Shown: in pieces, positions 39,763 through 51,712 of the stretch
Numbering within the stretch: position 1 is the stretch's first letter
Layout: each line of letters opens with the position of its first letter
DNA from: Macrostomum lignano
Taxonomy: Eukaryota
DNA: 51,712 nucleotides
NCBI GenBank assembly: GCA_002269645.1
Contig: NIVC01002561.1
Location: 1 to 51,712 of the forward strand
Direction of reading: 5' to 3'
The notes under the pieces: model-generated
Seen by the model: only the letters and a program-made list of their open reading frames with translations
What the model was told of the DNA's origin: nothing
The model's database searches: none
Program-made: the position numbers and the translations under genes

Positions 39763-40548
39763 TGAAAAAATACTATAGCTAATGTAACCCAATTTTCAAC
39801 TTATCGAAGGAGACCTAGCTTTACATTTGGTCAAGGACCACGTGATTTACCCTGCCTGTATTATGTAAACAAAATGAAATCCCAATCTTTGAATCTGGCA
39901 CGAGTTGAGTGGCTACACATATTAGCACAGCAGCTATATTTGCACAGCTCACAGGGTTTCATCAGGCGCAGCTGGCCTCTCCCTCTCGACACTCGTATGC
40001 ACTCGCATTCGCCCACTTCGGACGCAAAAAGTATCAATTCTTTTTCGTTTTGCTCTTCTCATTCGCTCAAATGAATGCAGCTCGAGCCCTCCGCCGCTTC
40101 TGCTCTGCATTCTCAGCACAAATAACTACAGTGCTCACGAGTTTCTGTAACCTGACCGTTAGAATTTGCCCAGCAGCTTCAATGCTGCTTGTCTCTACGT
40201 AATAGTTGGTATTCAATTCTTTGCCACTAGCTATGCAAAATAACCTGGGCTCTGAATAAGCGCGTTGTCACTCTTATACCCACTTGGAGCTGCTCAGCTT
40301 AATTATCTTCTGTCCGTCTGTTGGCGCCCCGGCGCGTCACTGCCTGCCTGCGTGCCAACCTGCCCGTCCCTTCCATCGCTTGCATATTTTCAGTAATAAA
40401 GTGGCCTGATTATTCCAGCTGTCATGGCTGCAAGCTGGGTGCGGTACTGCAGTTAACAAAGTACTAATTAGTTGATGCACTGTTTTAACGAACAAATTAA
40501 TGTATTTTTTCTTGAGCTGCGGTTTACTCGTAAAGCTATGGGGCACTC

Positions 40549-41030
40549 TGGTGCTGGCGCCCCTGGTGCTGGCGCCCCTGGTGCTGGCGCCCCTGGTGCT
40601 GGCGCCCCTGGTGCTGGCGCCCCTGGTGCTGGCGCCCCTGGTGCTGGCGCCCCTGGTGCTGGCGCCCCTGGTGCTGGCGCCCCTGGTGCTGGCGCCCCTG
40701 GTGCTGGCGCCCCTGGTGCTGGCGCCCCTGGTGCTGGCGCCCCTGGTGCTGGCGCCCCTGGTGCTGGCGCCCCTGGTGCTGGCGCCCCTGGTGCTGGCGC
40801 CCCTGGTGCTGGCGCCCCTGGTGCTGGCGCCCCTGGTGCTGGCGCCCCTGGTGCTGGCGCCCCTGGTGCTGGCGCCCCTGGTGCTGGCGCCCCTGGTGCT
40901 GGCGCCCCTGGTGCTGGCGCCCCTGGTGCTGGCGCCCCTGGTGCTGGCGCCCCTGGTGCTGGCGCCCCTGGTGCTGGCGCCCCTGGTGCTGGCGACCCTT
41001 GGTGCTGGCGACCCCTGGTGCTGGCGCCCC
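40549..41030. repeat. Perfect GC-rich 15-bp repeat GGTGCTGGCGCCCCT
   Basis: About 30 identical units plus 2-3 degenerate terminal units. Confidence 0.97.
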
Positions 41031-42449
41031 TGCATGGTGCAGGCAGCTAATAAAGAAGAATGAATTGTGTAGAGAACATATCAGCATCGGGGCTGACTGC
41101 CTGCTGCCTATAGAAATTCTATCAAATCGTTTTTCTCAGTCGAAAAAACTCCTAGGGTTTTATTCGAATCAGCCAACCAGAACGAAGCAATCGAGCTGAA
41201 AGAAAAGTCGCTGCCGAATTCGCAAGTGTTCCCGCCCTGGCCAGGGGTAGCAGCAGCAGCCGCAGAAAGCTAATTTCCCAAAATCTTTCGTGTGCTGCGT
41301 ACATAGAGGCAAATTCTGCTTGACAGCCAACAGAGGGAAATTTCCAGCACGCAATCCGACAGCAAAGACAGACGTACAACTGCATATCCTTCAATTTGAT
41401 TATCATATGTAATTTACACATTTACGACCGCCAAAATTATTTACACATAGCACACTATTTGTGTATAGGAAAAGAATGCGAGGACTAACTTTACATGCAC
41501 ATATACATTGTATAATTTAATCTTCAATATATCGTCCTTGGGATAGAGTAGCTGAAAAAACTTAAATGAAGAATAATGTTTCAAAATTTTTGCTAATCAT
41601 GCGCTTACAGCTACTTGCAGTACGTACATGTACAAACAACTAGCTCGCTTTTCGGTTTTTTGAGTGGCCGGAGGTGTGTTGGAAACGAGCTATAACTACA
41701 GTAAACCTACATGTATCGATCGTAGCTAGAGTTTGCTTTTGTGGGCTCGTGTGGGTAATTATTTGCTGACTCCGACTACTCTTTATGAATGTGCAGTCAT
41801 CGACCCTTGATGCACGCATCCATAAAACAGAAGCAATTAGTTGTTCTTACAATTTAAGACTGGATACAAAATATTTTGTATAATAAGATGGGCTGACTGA
41901 AAATATGGGAGCTGCAGCCTGCACCAGCTCCAACTCATAGATCATCAGAAATGCGTTTCAATGTCTTCGGTACTTACAACACAGTTAGGGAGATATCAGC
42001 TGTAGCTCTGATCAAGTACCAGTGTATAAAACAGTTATATACAGTGGTCCTTGGCTCTGATCTATCGTTGAGAGATTTCCTCGTTACAAAAAATAGTAAT
42101 CCGATCAATCGCAGATAAGTGTCAAAATAAAGAATAGCAACATTAACTTCTAGCTTGATTTTAGTTACATGCGATGATATTAAAAAGAACCCTCAATTTA
42201 ATTTTATTTCAGAATTGCTGTACAAATAGATAGGCATTCATTTAAAACATTAGTATTTCTTGGAAAAGCACAATTTCAATATTCATTTTAATATATATTT
42301 TTTAATTTGCTCGCGCCCTTATTGTCCCATTTAGTATCGTATTTAGTATATTTAGACGTACGTCTATATTCCACTTTATTTTATTTAGTTTTCCGCTATT
42401 TTCAGTTTCTATTGCTTAAGCATTCAATTCAGTCTTGAAACAAACAACT

Positions 42450-45400
42450 ATGGCACAACAAGGACCCCAGAAGTCGGCCATCATTGTAAGTCAGGCAACA
42501 AAGTTAGGCCTAGCGTCTAGACGCAGTCAAATTCAAGTTTTACATTCACGTTATGACGTTTGCTAGGCCTATATCGAAAGATATAGTACATAAAACATAG
42601 GCATCTATAGTCTCAGTTAACATTATTTATTTTAAAAAAATAAATGTATTAGTCATCTAATTATAGTACTAGGTACTAGGCCTACATCTATATTTTTTGG
42701 GGTGGGCATTTTTGCGACTTTCCCCTGCCCTGGTCCACCACAATTTACGGTGGCCAGATTGGCCAGGTCAGCCAGCAGTTGCGCATGTATGATTTTCAAA
42801 CTGTAGGCCTACTCAGTTTGTGCACGTAGCACTTGTTGAAGCTCTTGTTGTATCCCTAAAAATTAGGCTTAACATATCTAGCAGTTTTTTTTCCTTGCTG
42901 AAACTGAAACTTCATCAAACTTCAAATGTAAATAGATTCCACCATGACCAAAAAATTGAGGTAGCTAATAAAAATGTTTGCAATGTAGACATAGTTGCAA
43001 ACTGAGGAATGTACCTTATATACTTTGTGTTAGCAACAATGATTATCGCCAATCTTCAAGTTTCATTCGTTAAATTATTTTTTCAATGATTTCTGAACTA
43101 TCTTGCTCTCAGATGATTATTTTCGAGCTCTCCAGTGTACCCAGCCCTTTCCTAGCTGAGAAAGTAGCAGCTTTGTTAATATTAACCTCTAACGTACCAT
43201 AAAGCCAGAAATATAAGATGCAAACAAGCAAAGCTAACATGTAGCCATCAGTAAAGCGGTCACCTTGACGGAGCTGCAGCTGAAGTTGAGTGGCCGGACA
43301 ATTGGCACACATTTGCTGGTTGGCAATTAGATAGTATTTGGCCATCCAATTCATGGTATCCCTTGTTGTTGCCATAATCACAGCTAGTTCCCGCATTGTC
43401 AAGGTGATGTCACACAAAGCTGCAGCTGGTTGCACTTGTGCTACTGGTACAATAAAAGTGGGTGCCGCTGGTCATCCTGCTATAGTGTATTAGTCTTATA
43501 GTGTATTAGCTGCTTGTCTATTAACTGCTTATGATATTACTCCATGCCACTCCTAAAGCTGTGTACAATAGCATCTTTATTCCCCATAGACGTTCTTTGC
43601 TAAAATGCCACGTCAGTGAAAGCCACATCATCATTACGTTACCGTAATATGGGCCATAGACATTCCTTTGCCTACCAACGGCTTTACGGTACATTAGATA
43701 TATAATATTAACAAAGCTGCTACTTTCTCAGCTAGGAAAGGGCTGGGTACACTGGAGAGCTCGAAAATAATCATCTCAGAGCAAGATAGTTCAGAAATCA
43801 TTGAAAAAATAATTTAACGAACAAAACTTGAAGATTGCCTGATCATCATATAAAATAATGTTACTAAAAATGCTTAGCTAAAAGTAACAACTTGGCTTAA
43901 GCTTCTAAAGCAATGCCAATGCCAAGCCAGCATATTAAATAATTTCAAAAAAGGCACTATTAAGAAAGTATTGTTAATTGTTTTTAGCAAATGTTCTATT
44001 TTTTATAGTAGGCCTAACTGTAAAATAAGTTGAAATTTGCTAAGTCTATCAAACATATTTAGCTATTTTAAGTATTGCATAATAATAATATTATTGTTAT
44101 TATATTGTTTAAAAAATCTTTTTTTGCTTTGCATCACTTTTTGTCATTTTGTTCTGCCTCTCTCTGTTGTACATTGTTGTATACTAGGTCCATTTTGAAA
44201 TTTACCTTCTATTGTGTAAAAACACCCTATTTACCCAGTGACCTATAGATGAATACAATCCACTTCGGTAACAGCCATTTCAGTAACAGCCACTTCGGTA
44301 ACAAAAAATGAATACTTTGGTAACTGCCACTTTGGTAACAAAGCAGATTTACAACTGTCAACACTATATTTTTATGATAATTAGGTTTGGAAATAATTAG
44401 TTTATTAATTAACATTTCAAATGTCTTATTGCACATATCATTAAACTTTCTAGTTAAGCTATATTATACTTTGTTTAAACTTGCGCAGTAATTTTGTGAA
44501 ACATTTAAAGGCAAATAAAATTAAGCAAAGCGAGCTAGCTATATAGCTCCCATACATTCATTGAAATGGAATTTTTTAAAATAATTAATGAAGAAAAAAG
44601 TAGATTCTGTGATTTTAAGTCATTATTCGCTAACTAGATCAGAGATTCCAATGTACATGGTCACAAAATTTGGTCAATTACAGGATGTCTCGGGTGCACA
44701 TAATCTGACTCATCCGGAAATTAAAATAGATTGGTTAAAACACTTTAAAACAAGTTAAACACATGCAGGTACACATGTGTTTTGTCATTCTTTCTTTAAA
44801 GTTTGTTCGCACATCCTTTCGAAGCATATCAATTAATGCATATTATATTATTCTCACTTGTTACCAAAGTGGCTGTTACCGAAATGGCTGTTACCAAAGT
44901 GGACTGTTACCCCTATAGATATATTCTACATTATAGACATTGCCCATTGTCTAGAAGGTGGCCTTTATGCCAGAAAATTCTGGCATATTTTTGTTCTCAT
45001 TGATAATCTTAGTATACATTTAATATATATAATTTTTAGGCTCAATATTAAGTCTACACATAACACAGTTGGCATACAAAAATGGCCAAGTTCAGGTCTA
45101 GTATATATGGTGTAGTTAAATATTCACTATATTAAATATAGTGAATATTTTGTCATAACAAAAGCTCTTTTAAAAATAATTGGAAACAAAAATGAGAAAA
45201 CTAGCCATACTAGTATGGCCCCCCTTTGGGGTGCCCAATAAGCAAGGAGCAAAAATAGTTCATAGAAAACAATTAAAAAGCACAATTTCCTAAAAACCAA
45301 TTTCTTCTTCACTTTTAAAAATTGCCTTATTTATTTAAAATTGTCACAGACACTGATATTTGTTATAAATCCTTTTTTTTCTAAAATTAACAAATAGACA

Positions 45401-48400
45401 ACAGATAGCAAGCATCCCATAGATAGCAAGCATCCCATAGATAGAAGCATCCACCCAGATAGCAAGAATCCTATAGATAGCAAGCATCCCATAGATAGAA
45501 GCATCCACCTAGATAGCAAGCATCTTGCAGATAGCAAGAATCTCTAAATAGCAAGCATCCCTGGATAGAAAGAATCCCATACATGTAGCCAATACCCCTC
45601 TTCCAAATAGCAATATCCCCCTCGAGAGCAAGCATCCACCACATACATGCCCAACCTCAAAATTTTACCCATCTGGTGCAACTTAGTTTTGTCCAGATTT
45701 GTGACTTAGTTCCTCTCGATTGCAACTTAGTTTTCACTTTTTATGACTTTTCTTGCTTTCTTTTCTTTTCTTTTCTTTTTCTTTCTTTTTCCTCTTTCTC
45801 CTCTCTCTTTTCTTTCTCCTTTCTTTTACTTTTCTCTTCCTCTCCTTACTTTCTTCTCCCAAATTTTTGTTTTTCCCATTTTTCATTTTGTGACACCTTG
45901 GCTCGTGGCCATTTCCATCTGGTTCTAGGACAGGTTAGACAGGTGTTGGGCATGTATGATCCACCAGACAGCAAGTAGCTAGTGCAAATGTTACCTCTGT
46001 TAATGCAATAATCACTTTCTCAGGTTGTGCAATAATCTGTCTTAGCTAACACAATAATATCTTTTTTAGACAGCACAATAATCAACTTCTCAGCTAGTGA
46101 AATAATCCTTTACTCATCAAGTCCAAAAATTGATGTCTCAGCTAGTGCAATAGCCCTTTCTAGTGCAATATTCCTTGGTTTATCTAGTGCAACATTCCTT
46201 ATTATCAAAGTACAATGATCTTTGACTTATCAAGTGCAATAATCATTGGCTTTTCAAATGCAATATTCCTTGGTTTATCAAGCATAGTATCCTAGGTTTA
46301 TCAAGTGCAATAATCCTTAGGTTATCAAGTGCAATAATCCTTGGTTTATCAAGTGCAATAATCCTTAGTTTATCAAATGCAATAATATTTGATTTATCAA
46401 GCATAGTAATCCTTGGTTTATCAAGTGCAATAATCCTTGGTTTATCAAGTGCAATAATCCTTAGTTTATCAAATGCAATAATATTTGGTTTATCAAGCAT
46501 AGTAATCCTTGGTTTATCAAGTGCAATAATCCTTGGTTTATCAAGTGCAGTAATCCTTGGTTTATCAAGTGCAGTAATCCTTGGTTTATCAAGTGCAGAA
46601 ATCCTTGGTTTATCAAGTGCAGTAATCCTTGGTTTATCAAGTGCAGTAATCCTTGGCTTATCAAGTGCATTAATCCTTGGTTTATCAAGTGCAGTAATCC
46701 TTGGCTTATCAAGTGCAATAATCATTGGCTAATCAAGTGCAATAATCCTTAGTTTATCAAGTGCAGTAATCCTTTGTTTATCAAGTGCAGTAATCCTTTG
46801 TTTATCAAGTGTAGTAATCCTAGGTTTATCAAGGGCCATAATCCAGGTCTTTTTAATTAGTCCTTTAATAAAAGCATTCAATAAAAATTATGCTACTTTT
46901 ATTTACACTACTAAGATTTGAACCCAGGTTGCTGCATTAGCAGTCCAGTGTGTTCACATTTAGGCTAGCTCTCATTGAATTATAAATGAATTTATAGCAT
47001 TTATAATTCAACACTCACACCAAGTTAAGTTAAATGAAGGTTCCTATACTAGGTAGGTACATAGTTTTGATTTTTAGTATATTGGATTAACAAAATTTCT
47101 AAGAAAAAAACAAAATTAAAACAAAAAATGAACAATAACTGAAATTTAGCAAAGAACAGTCATTTTAAAGTTCAGTACAACTCCAGTATTTCTAAAATTA
47201 TATTTTCTTTAAAAATATTGGCATGTAAACAACTTTAGACTTGGCATAAAAAGAATTAATTTTACATCAGCCTAAAATTGAAAACATAGGAAATTTTATT
47301 CCGGCGTACACCTGCCATGATCTGGACTATGGGACACTGCCAACATGTCTGTAGGCTCTAAAATTATAGAAATTGTGGCCATGTCTATAAGTATAGACCT
47401 AAGCACTATTAGAGACATGGCTGCCAGTTCTATAAGTTTCTGCATTATAGACACAGTTGCCATATCCAGGCACAGATACAGAAAATTTTTGAAGGTGGGG
47501 GCAAGCTATACCAAGCACTGCAACCCAATATTAGAAAATAGACCTAGTATAGTTTAGAGTTTTTTTCTTATAAATTTATTATTGTAATACACAAATGGAA
47601 GCATTAAACTTTTTTTTAAAATAAAAAGTTCCTGTACACAGTGGTATTGTCATTGCTTGTTTTAAGATTCACATATTCACACGTAACAGCCTGCAGTTAC
47701 AATCCGGATAGCCTGTACACCCGCCCCAGATACCAGATGAGCCGCCAGTGCTGCCGCTGGAGTCGCTCAGCTACCCGGTTCACTACGCGCCCTACATCTC
47801 CAACGTGGTCATCCCCTACGGCCTCGTGTTGGATCGCATCGAGCGCATGGCAGAAGAGATCAGCCAGGACCTGCAGGCCAGCTGCGATCCTGAGGAGGGT
47901 CTGCACGCAATCTGCGTTCTCAAGGGCGGATTCAAGTTTTTTACCGATCTCACAGATCGGATGCAGAGCAAGAACTGCTGTCACAAGTCTTTGAAGATTT
48001 CTAGTCATTTCATTCGCGCTAGAAGCTACCAGGTTTGCTCACGGGAGATTTCTATCAGCAGAAATGATTTCATGCAGTCCTCAGAATGGACTGTTAGTAC
48101 TTGCCTAGAACTCGGACTCACGACTTCAAGGTCGGGGATTCGATTCCCGATACCGCTAGAACAATCTGTGTCCTTGATCAAGACGCTTTACTCTGCATTG
48201 CTTCAGTTCTCCGAGTTATCAGTAGAAAAATAATACATAAGCTATTTTATAAATATAAAGGCAGCTGAAATGACTTTGATAAGCTTAGAAGCCCAAGCAT
48301 GCAGGCGTAAACAGCTTGCTAATTGGTTCAGCCTTAATGTACATTAGTCAATCCACTGAAATGTACATGGTAGATCTAGGCTGGAATTCCAAGAAAGACA

Positions 48401-50569
48401 ATAAAAATGGGGTGGGGCGGTCAGGGGTAGTGTGGAAAAGTGAAAAGTAAAAATACATTAAAATGCTTCTGGTTAACTTACTACTGAACTGAAAGTAGCT
48501 TACTCATAGCTAAAGTAGCTGAGTGGCCCATCTCATTATTTTAGTATCTGAGCGCAAATGCGCTTTAGACGCAACTCAGTGATTCTGCAGATTCTGCAGC
48601 GACTTCAGCACGCCTCAGATACGACTGTACGGCCCCAGGGTCATATTATAAAAGTGCTTTGTTTCAGAAATCGCAGACAATCAAAACGCCTCAAATTGAC
48701 TAGTCGGCGACTCTTTCACGACTTTTACTGTGAACTCAAATCAAACGGCTAATTTTCAGAATGACCAGTCAACGGGCAGTGTGAGCATTATGAAGCTCTA
48801 CGATTTGGAAGTTCTGGCTAATAAGGTTAGTTTAGTTAATTCTAGTATCTGTGATCCTGTCTTTGCTGACTTGTATAAATTGCCATTTTTAATTGCAGAC
48901 CGTGCTAGTAGTTGAGGACATTGTTGACACCGGCCACACGCTCAGCAAGCTGATTGAGCACCTGCACCAGTACAAGCCCAAGACTATTAAGGTTGCCAGC
49001 TTGTTGTTGAAGCGGACTCCACTGCATAATGGCCTATTTCCTGACTGTAAGCGACCTCTTCGTGTAGCTTAATTTAACTTGGTTACTTACACTTACCGAA
49101 AGATAATCACTTAGAGGTATACGAGCGTATTAGTTTGGCCGCAGAATTCCATCTCTGAGTAAATCTCGAGGGAATCATTAGGGTTTAGTCGAGTGTTTAG
49201 GGTTTACTCGCAGGTTAGTTTTTAGGGTTTGGGTTAGTGTTTAGTGTTTAGATTAGTGTTTAGAGTTCTGTTGCTCAGGGTTTAGGTTAGTGTTTAGGCT
49301 TCAGGTTAGTTTTTAGGGTTTAGGCTAGTGCTTAGGCTTCAGGTTAGTGTTTAGGGTTTGGGTTAGTGTTCAGGATATAGGTTAGTGTTTAGGGTTTAGG
49401 CTAGTGTTTAGGGTTTAGGTTAGTGTTTAGGGTTTAGGCTAGTGTTTAGGGTTTAGGTTAGTGTTTAGGGTTTAGGCTAGTGCTTAGGCTTCAGGTTAGT
49501 GTTTAGGCTTCAGGTTAGTGTTTAGGCTTCAGGTTAGTGTTTAGGCTTCAGGTTAGTGTTTAGGGTTTGGGTTAGTGTTCAGGATATAGGTTAGTGTTTA
49601 GGGTTTGGGTTAGTGTTCAGGATATAGGTTAGTGTTTAGGGTTTACATTAGTGTTTAGGGTTTAGGTTAGTGTTTAGGGTTTAGGTTAGTGTTTAGGGTT
49701 TAGGTTAGTGTTTAGGGTTTAGGTTAGTGTTTAGGGTTTAGGTTAGTGTTTAGGGTTTAGGTTAGTGTTTAGGGTTTAGGTTAGTGTTTAGGGTTTAGGC
49801 TAGTCTTCAGGATTTAGGTTAGTGTTTATGTTAGTGTTTAGACTTTCAGTTAATTTTTAGGCTTTAGGAAAAGGATAGTGTTTCGGCCTTAGGTTAGTGT
49901 TTAGGGTTAAGATTAGGTTTATATGGTTAGAATTTAGGTTTAGGTTAGAGTCGGCAGTCAACTTCTGGCTTTTGGCAGTGCAGTAGTTGGCAGTCAGTAG
50001 ACATTGGTTTCAGCTTGGCACTTTGCCCCCTTTCTGTGGCCAGCACTCGACCGAAAAAAGATTAAATAAATCTCTTCTATTTTGCACTGCCGCTGTCCCA
50101 GTTAGCAACTGCAGTGCTATTGATATTGTAATTTTATTCCAGATGTCGGCTTCTCTGTGCCCAACATGTTCATTGTTGGCTACGCTCTTGACTACAATGA
50201 GAACTTTCGCGATCTCAAGGTAACAGACAGGGTTGCATATCACCAGAACTTTGTAAAGATCTTATTTAGATCTAACACTTAAAAAACCAATATTCATTTG
50301 TGATGGTTTCAGTTGATGTGAAATAAAGAGTTTATTAAAATAGTTTAAGGGATGCATTGGAAATGAGTTTCAGTTGGATGCTTTGGAAATGAGTTTCAGA
50401 TGGATGCATTGGAAATGAATTCAAGTTGCATTGCGAATGTCTCGATATTAGTGTCCTTAAAAGGGCCGTTTTCAACAAACTAGCATAGTTAAACATTTCT
50501 GTTGATTTGCAGCACATCTGTCAGATCAGCGATGAAGGCAAGAAGAAATTTGCTAATAAGCCTTCTTAA
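42450..50569 (+). CDS. HPRT1: Hypoxanthine-guanine phosphoribosyltransferase, 228 aa, 6 exons
   Basis: Exons 42450-42485, 47730-48032, 48760-48825, 48899-49046, 50143-50219 and 50513-50569 (687 nt, in frame, GT-AG). Motifs ICVLKGGFKFF, IRARSY, PRPP-binding VLVVEDIVDTGHT, VASLLLKRTP, FIVGYALDYNENFRDL, HIC.IS..GK.KF. Confidence 0.97.
43051..43836. mobile_element. Foldback element: 134-bp inverted arms (43051-43184 / 43703-43836) around a 518-bp spacer
   Basis: The arms are near-identical reverse complements (about 3 mismatches by eye). GCC flanks both outer ends, which could be a 3-bp TSD or chance. Lies in HPRT intron 1. Confidence 0.75.
43200..43435 (-). pseudogene. Probable relic of a Merlin/IS1595 (ISXO2-like) transposase N-terminal Zn-ribbon
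   Basis: TMNWMAKYYLIANQQMCANCPATQLQLQLRQGDRFTDGY resembles the W...L(L/I).N...C..C...L.....DGY pattern I associate with Merlin transposases. No DDE core is visible. Recognition from memory only. Confidence 0.5.
44251..44911. mobile_element. 661-bp MITE with TIRs built from 15-bp GGTAACAGCCACTTT repeats and a 9-bp TSD (Merlin- or Mutator-like)
   Basis: TCCACTTCGGTAACAGCCATTTCAGTAACAGCCACTTCGGTAACAA (44259-44304) is inverted at ~44858-44903. Direct repeat CCTATAGAT at 44242-44250 and 44912-44920. The right end reads GGTAA on the minus strand. Confidence 0.8.
45395..45640. repeat. 18-bp minisatellite CATCCCATAGATAGCAAG
   Basis: About 12 degenerate units in HPRT intron 1. Confidence 0.9.
45745..45890. 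repeat. CT-rich low-complexity tract
   Basis: Almost entirely pyrimidines. Confidence 0.85.
46150..46840. repeat. 24-bp minisatellite TTTATCAAGTGCAATAATCCTTGG
   Basis: About 27 units; source of the spurious (ALDKPRIT)n ORF. Confidence 0.95.
49180..49950. repeat. 19-bp telomere-like minisatellite GGGTTTAGGTTAGTGTTTA in HPRT intron 4
   Basis: Most units contain TTAGGG (as TTTAGGG); the core at 49655-49800 is homogeneous. Confidence 0.92.
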
Positions 50570-51302
50570 ATGCACTAAGGCTGAGAGAGCTCTGGCCTGT
50601 GAACATTCTGTTATAAAAATGTTATTTTAACGGTATTAATCGGTCAATATTTTACATTCTAATCTATCCTATAGCTAGCTAAAATTGTCTTCAAGCAAGA
50701 ATCGAAGTAATTTGTAAAAGCATTTCCAATATTTTTCCATCTCCTGATCTCCATAATTTGTTGATTCATTTTTGTTCACATCGAACAGATACGTACTAAA
50801 GCCTATGGATCATTCGATTATGTAGCTGTTTTTTAACACTGCACCTATTTTTCCTGACTAAAAAACAGGCATTAGACTCCATCTTGTTGTGCGTAGCGCT
50901 TTCTGGCTCGCAAAAAAGTATATTATATTATATATTCTCGTTGATTGTTGTAGCTTATACTGATTCGATTTTAATTAACAACAACGAAAAAACAATTTTT
51001 CTGCACTGATGTTTCTTGGCTTGTATTAAGTTAAGTTTGTATTGTACTTTAATTATATATGCTTGACTCATTAATTTATTTTATTATCATTGAAAGTTGC
51101 TAAGCGCTTGTTTTGTAACTCAAAATCATGCTTCTCTTGTTGTGTTCAAATCTTGTTTTGTCGGGTAAATTCGTAGTTTTGCATCTCTGTATCAGTCTTT
51201 ACATATTTTTGTGTTTTTTAGCAAAATATATTGCACCTTTGTTTTGAAATTGGTTGTTTGTGTTTGATAATTGCCACTTGTAAGGGTGTTCTGATTTAAA
51301 GC

Positions 51303-51712
51303 GGGTGATTGAGGGGAATTCTGGCTCATCTCACAGGTTATTGAGGGGAATTCTGGCTAATCTCACAGGTGATTGAGGGAATTCTGGCTCATCTCACAGT
51401 GATTGAGGGAATTCTGGCTCATCTCACAGGTGATTGAGGGGAATTCTGGCTCATCTCACAGGTGATTGAGGGAATTCTGGCTCATCTCACAGGTGATTGA
51501 GGGGAATTCTGGCTCATCTCACAGGTGATTGAGGGGAATTCTGGCTCATCTCACAGGTGATTGAGGGGAATTCTGGCTCATCTCACAGGTGATTGAGGGG
51601 AATTCTGGCTCATCTCACAGGTGATTAAGGGGAATTCTGGCTCATCTCACAGGTGATTGAGGGGAATTCTGGCTCATCTCACAGTGATTAAGGGGAATTC
51701 TGGCTCATCTCA
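51303..51712. repeat. 32-bp minisatellite GGTGATTGAGGGGAATTCTGGCTCATCTCACA, running off the window end
   Basis: About 13 units, some with 1-nt deletions. Confidence 0.95.

Overview
Eukaryotic (metazoan invertebrate) DNA with GC-rich exons, canonical GT-AG introns and a very high load of unrelated mini/microsatellites, many inside introns. The style suggests a free-living flatworm such as Macrostomum, but that is inference only. Most long ORFs in the supplied track are repeat artefacts or antisense shadows. By manual splicing I reconstruct: (1) a 4-exon secreted fibrinogen-related (FReD) gene on the minus strand and a head-to-head, broken plus-strand paralog; (2) a ~905-aa Gln-rich GLTSCR1-domain (BICRA-like) gene, with an unknown ~154-167-aa gene nested antisense in its intron; (3) a basigin/neuroplastin-like two-Ig membrane protein with apparent 1-nt frameshifts; (4) an intronless 884-aa DUF4062 + NACHT-like STAND ATPase whose C-terminus has a PHF5/Rds3-like 12-ligand Zn pattern instead of WD40/TPR repeats (the most unusual protein here); (5) a complete 6-exon HPRT gene. 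Also present: two MITEs with TIRs and TSDs, a 134-bp foldback enclosing a probable Merlin/ISXO2 transposase relic, a 3.3-kb (ATCT)n tract, reverse-complementary GACA tracts flanking one exon, and CpG-free intronic blocks. No rRNA, tRNA or CRISPR array could be supported. All coordinates and identities were read by eye; no searches were run.
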